Shown here piece by piece: positions 9,688 through 20,222 of a stretch of DNA of 64,000 nucleotides. The DNA lies in NCBI GenBank assembly GCA_963716175.1, contig OY970296.1, positions 4,224,001-4,288,000 of the forward strand. The letters run 5' to 3'. The stretch is from an uncultured Armatimonadetes bacterium (lineage in GTDB: Bacteria > Armatimonadota > Hebobacteria > Hebobacterales > Hebobacteraceae). Made by a program: the position numbers and the translations under genes. The first letter of the stretch is position 1, and the number at the start of each line of letters is the position of its first letter. The notes beneath the pieces are model-generated. The model ran no database searches, had not been told where the DNA came from, and saw only the letters and a program-made list of their open reading frames with translations.

Positions 9688-10739
9688 AGTTTGACTGCCC
9701 TACCAAGCCTGGCGGATTCGTAAGCCGCCAGGGCCACGGCGAAGGACTTCCGCGCCTCGTGGATGGTGGCCACTGGCTGCTTCTGCTCCTCGATGCAGGT
9801 GATAAGGTAATCGAGGGCGCCTGGACGGGGAGGAGCGAAGGGCTCGGCCGCCGGCCGCTCGAACACCCAATGGGAGGCCTGCTTGCCCAGGATCGCTCTC
9901 CCTGGGGCCCAGAGCTGTTCCTCGATCAGCTCGCCCTGCGTCCCGACGATCTCCAGCCGGCGCACCGCGTTCTGCTTGGGCGAGGGGCCGGATTTCCGGG
10001 GCGAGTTGATGGTCCAGCTCGCTTCCAGGGTGGCGAGCACTCCATTGCCGAAAGTGAAGGTCGCCATGCCCCAGTCCTCCACTGCGATGTCCTTGTGGAC
10101 CAGGTTGGCGATCTTGGCCTCCACCTGCACGACTTCGCTGCCGGCCAGCCAGCGCAGCTGCTCCATGGAGTAGATCCCCTCATCAATGAAGGCGCCGCCG
10201 GGGACCTGCTTCGGATCGGCAAACCAACCAGGCCTGCCGGAGCGCAGCCAATCCTCCGCAATGGACCAGCGGGCGGTGATATGCATAACCGCGATATCAC
10301 CGATCAATCCCTCATCCAGCCGCCGCTTCAGGTCTGCCATCCCCAAGCGGAACAGTCCCTGAAAGGCGACGCATGTGACCCCCGCCTCGTCTACGGCCTT
10401 CACCATCTCGTCGGCCTGCTCGAGGGTCATGGCCATGGGCTTGCCCAGGATGATGTGCTTCCCGGCCCGGGCCGCTTTGATGGTGCACTCGGGGATCTCG
10501 GCCACCGGAGGGGAGATATGGACGATGTCCACCTCTTCCTGCTTCAGAAGCGCATCATAGCCCGCATAGGCCTTGATCCCGAAGGCGGCGGCGAACTCCT
10601 CGCGCTGCGCCTGGTCGTGCCAGGCCACCGCGACCAGCTCGGCCTTGGGATACTCCGGCAGACTCCGGGCCAGGCCGTAGGCCGAATACCAGTGGCCCAG
10701 ACCCATAACCGCTACCCTCCACTTGCGCTGCTTAGCCAT
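9684..10739 (-). CDS. Gfo/Idh/MocA family oxidoreductase
   Basis: VAVMGLGH, AGKHIILGKPMA, GGAFIDEGIY and VED motifs; start set at MAKQRK. Confidence 0.9.
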   Translation of the reverse strand: MAKQRKWRVAVMGLGHWYSAYGLARSLPEYPKAELVAVAWHDQAQREEFAAAFGIKAYAGYDALLKQEEVDIVHISPPVAEIPECTIKAARAGKHIILGKPMAMTLEQADEMVKAVDEAGVTCVAFQGLFRLGMADLKRRLDEGLIGDIAVMHITARWSIAEDWLRSGRPGWFADPKQVPGGAFIDEGIYSMEQLRWLAGSEVVQVEAKIANLVHKDIAVEDWGMATFTFGNGVLATLEASWTINSPRKSGPSPKQNAVRRLEIVGTQGELIEEQLWAPGRAILGKQASHWVFERPAAEPFAPPRPGALDYLITCIEEQKQPVATIHEARKSFAVALAAYESARLGRAVKL

Positions 10740-10943
10740 GGCGTTTCCCTGCCCTCGCATATGATCGCCGCACCCTCGACAGGTCCGCACTCGAAGCTGC
10801 GGCCGGTGAAGTGTTCCGGCTCGCCCGCGCCGAGCATTCTAGGTTGCACGCAGTTTCCGGTCAAGCCTGGAGTTGGATTGCCACCGGCAGGGGCAGCGCG
10901 GAGTGAAGGCGAAGCTCCTGTTCTGGCCGAGGAGGCGGAGGAT

Positions 10944-11825
10944 ATGGCACAGGGCGCGAGCTTCTCACCGTTGGTCAGCATGGCCGGTCTGCTTGCGGCC
11001 GCCAAAGAGAAGAAGTACGCGGTGGCGGCCTTCAATATCTACAATGCGGAGAGCCTGGGCGCAGTCTTCGAGGCGGCGAAAGAGGAGAGATCTCCCATCA
11101 TCGTCCAGACGTGGCGGGGCGATCTCGAACACCTCGGGATCGGGCTGCTGGTGGAGATGGTGCGATGGCTGGCCAAGGATTCCGGCGTGCCAGTCTGCCT
11201 CCACCTGGATCACGGCAGCGCGCTGGAGATTGTCTCGGCCTGCATCGAGGGCGGATTCTCGTCGGTGATGTTCGACGGCTCCCGGCTGCCCTTCGAGGAG
11301 AACGTGCGCATCACCAAGGAGGTGAAGGAGGCGGCCCACCGGAGGGGTGTCTCCGTCGAGGCCGAGCTGGGAGTGATCGGCCGGGCGGAATCGCCGCCAA
11401 CCGAAGAGGAACGCCAGCGCAACCTCACCCGTCCCGACGTGGCCGAGGAGTTCGTCGCTCTCACCGGCATAGACGCGCTGGCGATAGCCATAGGCAATCT
11501 CCACGGAGCCTATAAGGGCAAACCGCAGCTCGATCTGGACCGGGTGGCGGACATCGCCGGGCGCACGGGCATCCCGCTGGTGCTCCACGGCGGCTCCACC
11601 ACTCCCGAGGCTGACATACGGCAGGCGGTGGCGAACGGCATCTGCAAGGTGAACGTCGCCACCGAGCTCTACCTGGCCTTTGGGCGAGGCGTGACCCAAG
11701 GCCTGCAGAAGGCGGAAGGCCGGATGTGGCCGGCCGGGATTCTGCAGCAGGCGAGGGCAGAGATGCGCGAGGTGGCGCGCCACTGGATCAGGCTGCTGGG
11801 GTCGGCCGGGAGGATGGAGCAATGA
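10944..11825 (+). CDS. Class II fructose/tagatose-bisphosphate aldolase
   Basis: YAVAAFN, HLDHG, SSVMFDGS, VEAELG, IGNLHG, LVLHGGS and KVNVAT; GAGGAGG upstream of ATG 10944. Confidence 0.92.
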   Translation: MAQGASFSPLVSMAGLLAAAKEKKYAVAAFNIYNAESLGAVFEAAKEERSPIIVQTWRGDLEHLGIGLLVEMVRWLAKDSGVPVCLHLDHGSALEIVSACIEGGFSSVMFDGSRLPFEENVRITKEVKEAAHRRGVSVEAELGVIGRAESPPTEEERQRNLTRPDVAEEFVALTGIDALAIAIGNLHGAYKGKPQLDLDRVADIAGRTGIPLVLHGGSTTPEADIRQAVANGICKVNVATELYLAFGRGVTQGLQKAEGRMWPAGILQQARAEMREVARHWIRLLGSAGRMEQ

Positions 11826-12838
11826 GAGCGGCCCGCCTTTACGCTCCGCGTGACCTCCGCGTGGAAGAGATCAGCGACCCCCAGGCTGGGCCAAGCCAAT
11901 TCCTCGTGCGCATCAAGGCTTGCGGCATCTGCCCCAGCGATCTGAGGGCCTATTCGGGCCTGCGTCCGCTCCGCAATCCGCCGACCACACCCGGGCACGA
12001 ATGGGTGGGCGAGGTGATAGGCGCGGGAGCGGAGGCCACGGGGTTGGAGGTGGGCGACAGAGTGGCGGTGAGCTGGTTGGCTCCCTGCGGCTCCTGCCAG
12101 TTCTGCCAGAGAGAGCTCTTCAACCTGTGTGAGAAGAAGCACTCCGGGGACGCAAGAGGAGGCTTCGCCGAACTCGGGGTGGCCTCGCGGCGCCACCTCT
12201 ACCGGATGCCGGAGGGGCTGCCGTTCACCTCTGCCGCGCTTGCCGAGCCGCTTGCTTGCTGCCTGAACGGCCAGGACAACAGCGCCATCCGCGCCGGCGA
12301 CGTCGTCGCCATCGTGGGCGCAGGTCCCATCGGCCTGCTGCACTTGCAGGCGGCAAGGGCCAAAGGCGCGCAGGTGATCGCCTGCGACCTGCTGCCGGAA
12401 CGTCTCGAGATCGCCCGCAAGATCGGGGCAGCCCATGTAGTTGACGCGGGCCAGGGGGATCCGGCCCAGGCGGTGCTCGATCTGACAGGCGGGAAGGGCG
12501 CCAATGCGGTGATCGTGGCCGTGGGGTCCGCGCAGGCGATCGCACCCGCCATCCGAATGGCGGCGGTGAAGGCACGGGTGAACTTGTTCGCGGGCACGTA
12601 CCCGCCGACCACGATCGAGGTAGACCCCAACTTCATCCACTACCGAGAGCTGTCCCTATGCGGAAGCTGGGACTACAAGCCGGCGCACTTCGCCGCCGCC
12701 CTGGAGCTGCTGGGAAGCGGAGCCGTCGCCGCCGAGCCTCTAACCAGCCATTTGCTCCCTCTCGAACAGATACGAGACGGTTACGAGGCGGTGGCCTCGC
12801 GGACGGGCCTGAAGGTGGTCATCAGAATGGACGGTTGA
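11822..12838 (+). CDS. Zn-dependent alcohol/polyol dehydrogenase (MDR family)
   Basis: GICPSD, GHE, CxxCxxC, EPLAC and GAGPIG; ATGA overlap with the aldolase gene. Confidence 0.92.
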   Translation: MRAARLYAPRDLRVEEISDPQAGPSQFLVRIKACGICPSDLRAYSGLRPLRNPPTTPGHEWVGEVIGAGAEATGLEVGDRVAVSWLAPCGSCQFCQRELFNLCEKKHSGDARGGFAELGVASRRHLYRMPEGLPFTSAALAEPLACCLNGQDNSAIRAGDVVAIVGAGPIGLLHLQAARAKGAQVIACDLLPERLEIARKIGAAHVVDAGQGDPAQAVLDLTGGKGANAVIVAVGSAQAIAPAIRMAAVKARVNLFAGTYPPTTIEVDPNFIHYRELSLCGSWDYKPAHFAAALELLGSGAVAAEPLTSHLLPLEQIRDGYEAVASRTGLKVVIRMDG

Positions 12839-12841
12839 CCC

Positions 12842-14290
12842 TTGGGAGGCGACCACCGCTATCTGCTGGGTGTTGACCTGGGCACCACCGCTTGCAAGGC
12901 CGTGGTCTTCGACTCCGAGGGGCGGCCACAGGGGAGAGCGGAGGCGGAGGTCGAGATCGCCCACCCCAGGCCCACATGGGCGGTGGGCGATCCTGAAGGC
13001 TGGTGGCGGATGGCGGCTGAGGTGATCCGGGAGGCGGTCTCGCAGTCCGCAGTGCGGCCTTCTCAGATTGCGGCCGTCGGGCCCTGTGGCTTGATGCATG
13101 CCCCGGTGCTCCTGGATGAGGACGGGGCTGTGATAGAGGAGGCGCCGCTGTGGATGGACCAGCGGTGCCGCCCGGAGTGCGAGTGGCTGGCAGCAGAGCA
13201 CAGGGCCCTTTTCGACAGGATCGCCGGCCACGCTCCCGCGACCTCGGCGAGCGCCGCCAAGCTGCTCTGGTTCGCGATGCACAAACCCGAGGCGATCAGG
13301 CGGGCGCGCCGTTTCATGCTCCCGAAGGATTACCTCAGATACCGGCTGTGCGGCGACTGGGCCACCGATCCCGGTGATGCGTCCGGCACAGGGCTCATGG
13401 ACAGGGCGGCCAAGCAGTGGTCCCGCGAGCTGGTGGAGGTGGTTGGGTTTCGCATGGAGGCGATGCCTCCCATCGTGCCCTCCTCGCAGGTGCGGGGCGA
13501 GGTGAGCGAAGCAGCGGCAGACGAGTGCGGGCTAGCCCCAGGCACCGCAGTCGTCTGCGGCAGCAGCGACATGGCCTGTACCGTTCAGGGCTCCAACGCT
13601 CGCCGCGCGGGACAGACCACGCTCTACCTGGGCACTGCCGCCTGGCTCTGCCAGGGAGAGGGAGAGGGGCAGTTGCGCTTCCTGGGGTTCGCCGCGACCT
13701 CGGCCGCCTGTCTGAGGTGGTGGCGGCAGACTCTTGGCGAGGACTCTCTCGGTTACGAGGATCTGCTGCAGCAGGTGGAGGGCTCCGACCCGGGGGCCGA
13801 GGGGCTCCTTTTTTTCCCTCATCTGATGGGCGAGCGAGGGCCGGTGGTCAACCCGCGAGCCAAGGGGGGCTTCCTGGGGCTGACGCTGGCGCACCGGGGT
13901 CCTGACCTGCTGAGAGCGATCCTGGAGGGAGTGGGTTATCACCTGCGGCAGATGATGGAGGTGGCAGGCGCCAAGGAGGGCGATCTCGTCGCTGCCGGGG
14001 GCGGAGCGCGCAGCCCTCAGTGGCTCCAGATCATCGCGGACATCACCGGCAGAAGAGTGCGCCGCTGCGAAGTGACAGAGGCCGCCGCGCTGGGAGCGGC
14101 GATATTGGCCGGAGTTGGGATAGGGATGTTCGCCACCCCGGAGGAAGCCAGCGCGCGGCTGGTGCGACTAACGGACGCAATGGAGCCTCGTCAGGCCTCC
14201 GCTGCCGGCTACCACCGGTTCTACCAGGTGTGGCGTGAGGCGGACGCATGGCTGCAGCAGTTCTGCGGCCAGTTTCCAGAGGAGGTATAG
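12842..14290 (+). CDS. FGGY carbohydrate kinase (xylulokinase-like)
   Basis: LGVDLGTT, WMDQR, PKDYLRY, DASGTG, GERGP, RAILEG, GGGARS and ALGAA. Confidence 0.92.
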   Translation: MGGDHRYLLGVDLGTTACKAVVFDSEGRPQGRAEAEVEIAHPRPTWAVGDPEGWWRMAAEVIREAVSQSAVRPSQIAAVGPCGLMHAPVLLDEDGAVIEEAPLWMDQRCRPECEWLAAEHRALFDRIAGHAPATSASAAKLLWFAMHKPEAIRRARRFMLPKDYLRYRLCGDWATDPGDASGTGLMDRAAKQWSRELVEVVGFRMEAMPPIVPSSQVRGEVSEAAADECGLAPGTAVVCGSSDMACTVQGSNARRAGQTTLYLGTAAWLCQGEGEGQLRFLGFAATSAACLRWWRQTLGEDSLGYEDLLQQVEGSDPGAEGLLFFPHLMGERGPVVNPRAKGGFLGLTLAHRGPDLLRAILEGVGYHLRQMMEVAGAKEGDLVAAGGGARSPQWLQIIADITGRRVRRCEVTEAAALGAAILAGVGIGMFATPEEASARLVRLTDAMEPRQASAAGYHRFYQVWREADAWLQQFCGQFPEEV

Positions 14291-14293
14291 GAG

Positions 14294-15334
14294 ATGAAAG
14301 CAGGGGTGTATACGGCGCCGGGCAGGCTGGGCGTTGTGGAGGTTCCCGATCCGGTGCTCAACCCGGGCGAAGTGCTGATCCGAGTGAAGGCCGCCGGCAT
14401 CTGCGGCAGCGACCTGCACTCCTACCGGGACCCCTCCCGGTTCAGTGGCATGGCTGGCCGGGTGTTGGGGCACGAGCTGGCGGGAGATATCACAGCCGCG
14501 GCCGAGGGAGTAGCTGAGGGCCGGATAGGAGAGCGGGTCGGCATCGAGCCCCTGCTGTCCTGCGGGCATTGCGGCTGGTGCCTGAAGGGCGACTACCATC
14601 TGTGCCCCGAGCTGGCCCATATCGGCTTTGCCTGGAGCGGAGGGTTCGCGGAGCTGTGCAAGGCCCCGTCCGAGAAGGCCTGTGCTCTCCCCGGCCACGT
14701 ATCGTACGAGGCCGGAGCCATCTTGGACTGCCTGGCCTGCGGAGTCCATGCCATCCAGCGCTTGCATATCAGCCTGGGAGAATCGGTGGTGGTGCTGGGC
14801 GGAGGGGCGATCGGCCTCTCTGTGCTCCAGTGTGCGAAGTGGGCCGGCGCCAGGTTCGCTGCCATCTCCGACCCTCTGGCGAAGACGCGGCAAGTGGCCA
14901 GGGAACTGGGCGCAGACCTGACCATCAACCCCGCCGACGAGGACCCGGTGGAGCGAGTGCGAGAGGCCACCGGTGGCCTCGGCGCGGACGTGGTGGTGGA
15001 AGCTGTCGGCGGGCGGGCGCCAACCCTTCAGCAGGCGATTCCCATGACCAAACGCGGAGGCAGGCTGGGCTACCTGGGCAGCTTCAGGGCCCCGCAAGAG
15101 CTGGACATGGGGACCGTGCTCAGGCACGAGGTCATGATCGTTCCCATCTGGAGCTACGCGCGATGGGGGACGGCGACCGAATACCAGATCGCGCTGGATG
15201 GGCTGGCTCAGGGGAAGCTCGCGGCTGATCCCATGGTGACCCATCGGTTCCGCCTGGAAGAGATTGACGACGCCTTCCGCGCGGCCTCAGAGAAGGAGGT
15301 CTCGCAGGCTGTGAAGGTGATCGTGAACCCCTGA
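14294..15334 (+). CDS. Zn-dependent alcohol/polyol dehydrogenase (MDR family)
   Basis: GICGSD, GHE, CGHCGWC and GGGAIG. Confidence 0.92.
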   Translation: MKAGVYTAPGRLGVVEVPDPVLNPGEVLIRVKAAGICGSDLHSYRDPSRFSGMAGRVLGHELAGDITAAAEGVAEGRIGERVGIEPLLSCGHCGWCLKGDYHLCPELAHIGFAWSGGFAELCKAPSEKACALPGHVSYEAGAILDCLACGVHAIQRLHISLGESVVVLGGGAIGLSVLQCAKWAGARFAAISDPLAKTRQVARELGADLTINPADEDPVERVREATGGLGADVVVEAVGGRAPTLQQAIPMTKRGGRLGYLGSFRAPQELDMGTVLRHEVMIVPIWSYARWGTATEYQIALDGLAQGKLAADPMVTHRFRLEEIDDAFRAASEKEVSQAVKVIVNP

Positions 15335-15342
15335 ACGGCCAT

Positions 15343-15391
15343 GGCGCGGGTTGTCCCTCGCTGCGCTCGGGACAAGCCCGCGCCGCCCTAG
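15343..15391. repeat. Nested REP-like palindrome, possibly terminator-acting
   Basis: GGCGCGGG-TTGTCCC-TCGCTGCGCTC-GGGACAAG-CCCGCGCC-GCCCTAG, just after the operon stop codon. Confidence 0.6.
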
Positions 15392-15567
15392 GACGCCTCA
15401 CGGCGGTGACACCTGTCTTGGGCCAATAGTGTAACTGGTAACGCTCTGCGGGGATGGCTTCAGATCCGCGTCGGAGCCACAACATATGGTGTGTTGCTGC
15501 AGGCGCGTGGGCCGATATGTTGCGCCCGCGAAACCTGTCCCGCCGTGAGTTACCAGTTACCCAATAG

Positions 15568-15596
15568 TTGACACATGGACAGCTTTGCCCTAAACT
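15568..15596 (+). promoter_or_regulatory. Sigma70-type promoter of the marR gene
   Basis: TTGACA-17 bp-TAAACT, then GAGGT and ATG at 15613. Confidence 0.7.
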
Positions 15597-15612
15597 ATCC
15601 CTGAGGTGCCTT

Positions 15613-16062
15613 ATGCCAGAGGTCGAGAAACCGGCAATCCAGGCCTGGCGGAGCTTCGTGCGTGCCAAGGCGGAAACTGGCCGCGCCATGCACCGCGAGC
15701 TGAGGGAGCATGGCTTAAGTGGAGCGCAGATCGGCATTCTGCGCGTGCTGGCTGGTTCGGGCAGCGATGGGCTGAAGCTGAACGAGATCTCGCAGCAGCT
15801 CTGCATCACCTCCGGGAACGTCACGGGGCTGATTGACCGCCTCGAAGAAGCAGGGCATTTGGCCCGCGTTCCCCACCCGCAAGATCGGCGGATCACGCTG
15901 GCCGTGTTGACTCCTGCGGGGCGGGAGCTGTTCGGGAGGATCTACCCGGCGCATGTGGCGCGGGTGGAACGCCTGATGTCAGCAGTCACGGTACAGGAAC
16001 AGGCGCTGCTCGCTGACCTGCTAGGTCGGATCGCCGACCAGGCGGCGGCGATGGACCGGTAG
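15613..16062 (+). CDS. MarR family transcriptional regulator
   Basis: GLSGAQ..IL, ITSGNVTGLIDRLEEAG and DRR..LTPAG winged helix. Confidence 0.92.
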   Translation: MPEVEKPAIQAWRSFVRAKAETGRAMHRELREHGLSGAQIGILRVLAGSGSDGLKLNEISQQLCITSGNVTGLIDRLEEAGHLARVPHPQDRRITLAVLTPAGRELFGRIYPAHVARVERLMSAVTVQEQALLADLLGRIADQAAAMDR

Positions 16063-16202
16063 CTTGCGCCGAGCGCGGATGGGCGGTCTCGGGTCTCCGT
16101 CTGGTGCTGCGCGCTGGTACGGGTATACTACCTGGGGGTGGGAATGCGCTGGTGAGCACCCTCGTCATAGATCATATGCGACGCGCTGACAAATGAGTAG
16201 AA

Positions 16203-16323
16203 GCTGTTTCATAACCTTCCCAGGGGAGGTTATGAAACAGCACTGCACAAAGTCAGGCAGTGGCAGGCGCATTTCATGCGAGGGCGTGGTGCGGCCAGCC
16301 AGCAGGTAGGTTATGAAATGCGC
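16203..16323. repeat. Inverted-repeat cluster (MITE remnant or operator)
   Basis: Perfect 15-bp IR GCTGTTTCATAACCT/AGGTTATGAAACAGC (16203-16241) and a second IR GCGCATTTCAT/ATGAAATGCGC (16267-16323). Confidence 0.7.
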
Positions 16324-16543
16324 TCTAGTGTAGGCGAGCTGAACGCAGGGGAAGCCCGGAGAACAGTCTGGCCGTGAGCAGTGCCCGGTGGAGCGCGGCA
16401 TCACGGGCTGGCTGACTGCGCAACGGCAGGCTGCTCCGCGTGTCTGATCCACTAGGAGTGGGGGCCCCTCGGTCGTAGCGCGACAGAGGCCAATCCCTAT
16501 CGCTTTCGCCGCCCCTTGGCGCGGGCGAACCGACAGGAGAACT

Positions 16544-18061
16544 ATGAGACTCGCTCTTGCTGTTGGGGTTCTGATGGTGTCTGCGATGCCCGTGTGGGCC
16601 GCGGGTACCGCGGGCCTCTCGCCCGCGATGTGGACGCGGGTGCGCGCGGCGGAGCCCGCGACCGTGGATCTGACTCCAACCCCGTCACCGAAGACACCGC
16701 CCAAGTTGAGCCTGCAGGAATGCCTCAGCTTCGGCTTCCGCCAGAACGCCAGCTTCCGTCAGAGCCAGGAGCAGTTGGTCAACGCCCTACGGGGGCTGTG
16801 GGTTGCCGACCAGCGCCTGTTCTACACTCTCAGCGGGAGCGGGCAGGACGAGAAGGCGGCTGGCGGCACTCCGGAGCAGAGCTTCTCGGGCAGCTTGGGA
16901 ACACGCTGGGAGGCAACCGGCGGTGGCTCCCTCCAGGCCGATGTGGGCACCGGCACGCAGGAGACGATAGGAGACCTGTTCCTCCAACAGCCATCAGTCA
17001 CCCTGAACTACGATCAGCCCTTGCTGAGGGGCGCGGGGCTGGCATCCTCGACTTACGAGCGCATTCGCAGCGCGCACACCGCGCTGGCAGCGCAGGAACT
17101 GTCGTTCTACGATGGCCGACAGGACCTAGCGCAGCGCGTGATCGGGGACTACTTCGCGGTGCTGCTGGCGCAGGGCCAGGTGGAGATCGCGCAGCGGTCG
17201 GCAGACCGCGCCAAGCAGTTCTATGACATCAACTATGCGAAGTTCTCAGGCGAAGGCCTGAAGCGACCAGATGAGGAGTGGGTGAGCCAGGTGGCGGAGA
17301 TTGACGTGGACCAGGCGCGCCTCGCCTGGGAGCGATCGAAGCAGCAGCTCATCAGCAGCCAGCAAGACCATCGGGACGCGATGGAGACGCTGCTGCTGGC
17401 CATGGGGTTCGTTCCCACCGGTACGCCCGAGCTGAGCACCTCCATCGTCTACCAGCCACAGGAGTACGACGAGGCGGAGCTGATCCAGGTCGCCCTGGCG
17501 AACAGCACAGACCTGGGCCGGCTGGAACTGAACCGGCTGGATGCGCTGGCGGCGCTGCGGATCGCCCGCAGCCAGCACCTTCCCGACGTCATCGCCAGCG
17601 CGGGGGTCACCGACTTGGGCGACACCCTGGGCGGGGTGCCGGTGAGCACCGGCTGGTTCGGCGCGTTGCGCCTGGAGGCGCCGCTGTGGGATCGCCAGCG
17701 CACCGAGAACGCCGATCGGGCGGAGCGATCCCTGAAGGTGCTGGAGCAGCAGATGGTGGCGGCTCGCGACCAAGTGAGGCAAGGGATGCAGAGCCAAGTG
17801 CGGGCCGCGGTCAGCTCCCGGGCGCGCATTGATATCGGTCAGCAGGCGGTGACGCTGGCGCGCAAGAACCGGGAGGCGGCGCAGGGCATGTACGACGAAG
17901 GGCTAAGCGACTACCTGCGGGTGCTGGATGCGGAGGACCGGCTGGTGGAGGCAGAGCGGTCGCTGCTCCAGGAGCAAGTGACGTATTTCCTGACTACGGT
18001 GCAGATCCGCAGGACTCTGGGTGAGGACATCACCCAGGGACTGCCGGAGCAGGAGCGCTAG
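16544..18061 (+). CDS. TolC family outer-membrane channel
   Basis: Signal peptide; LSLQECL, QPLLRGAG, two OEP repeats and YDEGLSDYLRVLDAE. Confidence 0.88.
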   Translation: MRLALAVGVLMVSAMPVWAAGTAGLSPAMWTRVRAAEPATVDLTPTPSPKTPPKLSLQECLSFGFRQNASFRQSQEQLVNALRGLWVADQRLFYTLSGSGQDEKAAGGTPEQSFSGSLGTRWEATGGGSLQADVGTGTQETIGDLFLQQPSVTLNYDQPLLRGAGLASSTYERIRSAHTALAAQELSFYDGRQDLAQRVIGDYFAVLLAQGQVEIAQRSADRAKQFYDINYAKFSGEGLKRPDEEWVSQVAEIDVDQARLAWERSKQQLISSQQDHRDAMETLLLAMGFVPTGTPELSTSIVYQPQEYDEAELIQVALANSTDLGRLELNRLDALAALRIARSQHLPDVIASAGVTDLGDTLGGVPVSTGWFGALRLEAPLWDRQRTENADRAERSLKVLEQQMVAARDQVRQGMQSQVRAAVSSRARIDIGQQAVTLARKNREAAQGMYDEGLSDYLRVLDAEDRLVEAERSLLQEQVTYFLTTVQIRRTLGEDITQGLPEQER

Positions 18062-18063
18062 CG

Positions 18064-19484
18064 TTGAGGCGATACGGCATCAGCATCGTGATACTGCTGG
18101 TCGCAGCAGGCGGCGGCTGGGCCTGGCGCGCCTCGCTGAAGCGGGCGCCCAAGGCGCGGGTGGCGGTCACTGCCGCTGCCCGCGGGGAGTTCGTGGTCAG
18201 CCTGGTGGCGGAGGGGCCTCTGGAAAGCGATGACTCGGTGGTAGTGCGCACCGGCAAGGCGGCGGGGGAGCTGACCATGATCGTCCCCGAGGGCACGGTG
18301 GTGCGCGCGGGTGACGCTTTCTGCCGCATCGAAGCGCGGGAGCTACAGCGCAGGCACACCGACGCCGAGCTCGCCTACAAGCAGGCAAAGGAGGAGATCG
18401 AAAAGACCCGGGACAGCGCTCAAGAAAGGTACGACACTGAGCAGCGCACGCTGGAGCAGGCCGAGAAGGACTACCAGGTGTGGGAGGAGTCGGTCGGCGT
18501 GCGCGCCAAGCAGGCCGAGGATCAGTTGGCATTCGATCGCGCCGAGGCGGAGCGGCTGCGCCTGGAGTCGGACCGTTCGCAGCGCATGGCGGCCAAGGGC
18601 TACATGGCGGCCGCGGAGGCGGACATCGCCCAGGCGGCCTACGAGGCGCAGCAGTTCAAGGTGGAGCAGAGCGTCAAGGCGCTGGAGCTGAGCCAGCGCG
18701 AGATCGCAGCCGAACGCCGCCAGAAGCAGAGCCAGCTCTCGGCCAGTCGGCGGCGCACGGACATCGCCCGGAATCGCATCGGGGATCAGGTGTCCCATGC
18801 CACGCGTCGCGCCGAGGTGGCCTCCAAGGAGCTGGAGACGGTGGTTGCTGCCCTCGCCGACACCTCGATCATCGCCCCTGCCTCCGGCACGGTCTCGCTC
18901 TTCTCGACCTTCCGGGGTGGAGAACGGCGACCCTGGCGGGAGGGCGACCAGGTCTCCTCGGGTACGCCGCTAGGCAGCATCTCGGGCAGCCAGAACATGT
19001 CGGTGCGCTGCCGCATCAAGGAGAGCAACATCGCCGCGCTGCGCAAGGAGCAGCCGGCGGAGATCGAATTTGCGGCGCTCCCCGGGCGCAAGTTCTCCGG
19101 TGTCGTTTCGTCGGTCGGGTCGGTGGCGCGCGAGGTATGGGTGTGGGAGGACCCCACGGCCGAGGCCAACGCGCGCGTCTTCGACGTGCTGGTGAAAGTG
19201 GACCAGACGCGCGCCGGAGGCTTGAAGCCGGGGCTGAACGCGAGGGCGAGGATCACCGTGCAGCGCCTGCCGAAGGCGCTATTCGTGCCGTTGGACGCGG
19301 TGTTCGAGCGGGCAGGCAAGAGCTATGCGTACGTGCAGACGGGCGACGGCTTCACCCGGCGAGAGGTCAAGACCGGCGAGCGCAATGAGGTCGCGGTGGT
19401 GATACGATCGGGTCTGTCCGAGGGAGAGCTGGTGGCGATGTCGGACCCCACTCGCTACCCTGCACTCGCGCCGAGGAAGGCGCA

Positions 19485-19488
<4 letters not shown>
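18064..19488 (+). CDS. Efflux periplasmic adaptor (MFP) 1
   Basis: N-terminal TM, VPEGTVVRAGD lipoyl half, long coiled coil, IIAPASG, LKPGLNA and VKTGERN. Confidence 0.9.

Positions 19489-20218
<730 letters not shown>

Positions 20219-20222
<4 letters not shown>

Noticed and set aside
9759-10943. Apparent 688-aa aldolase fusion
   Set aside because: The extension is antisense to the oxidoreductase gene; a good SD precedes ATG 10944.
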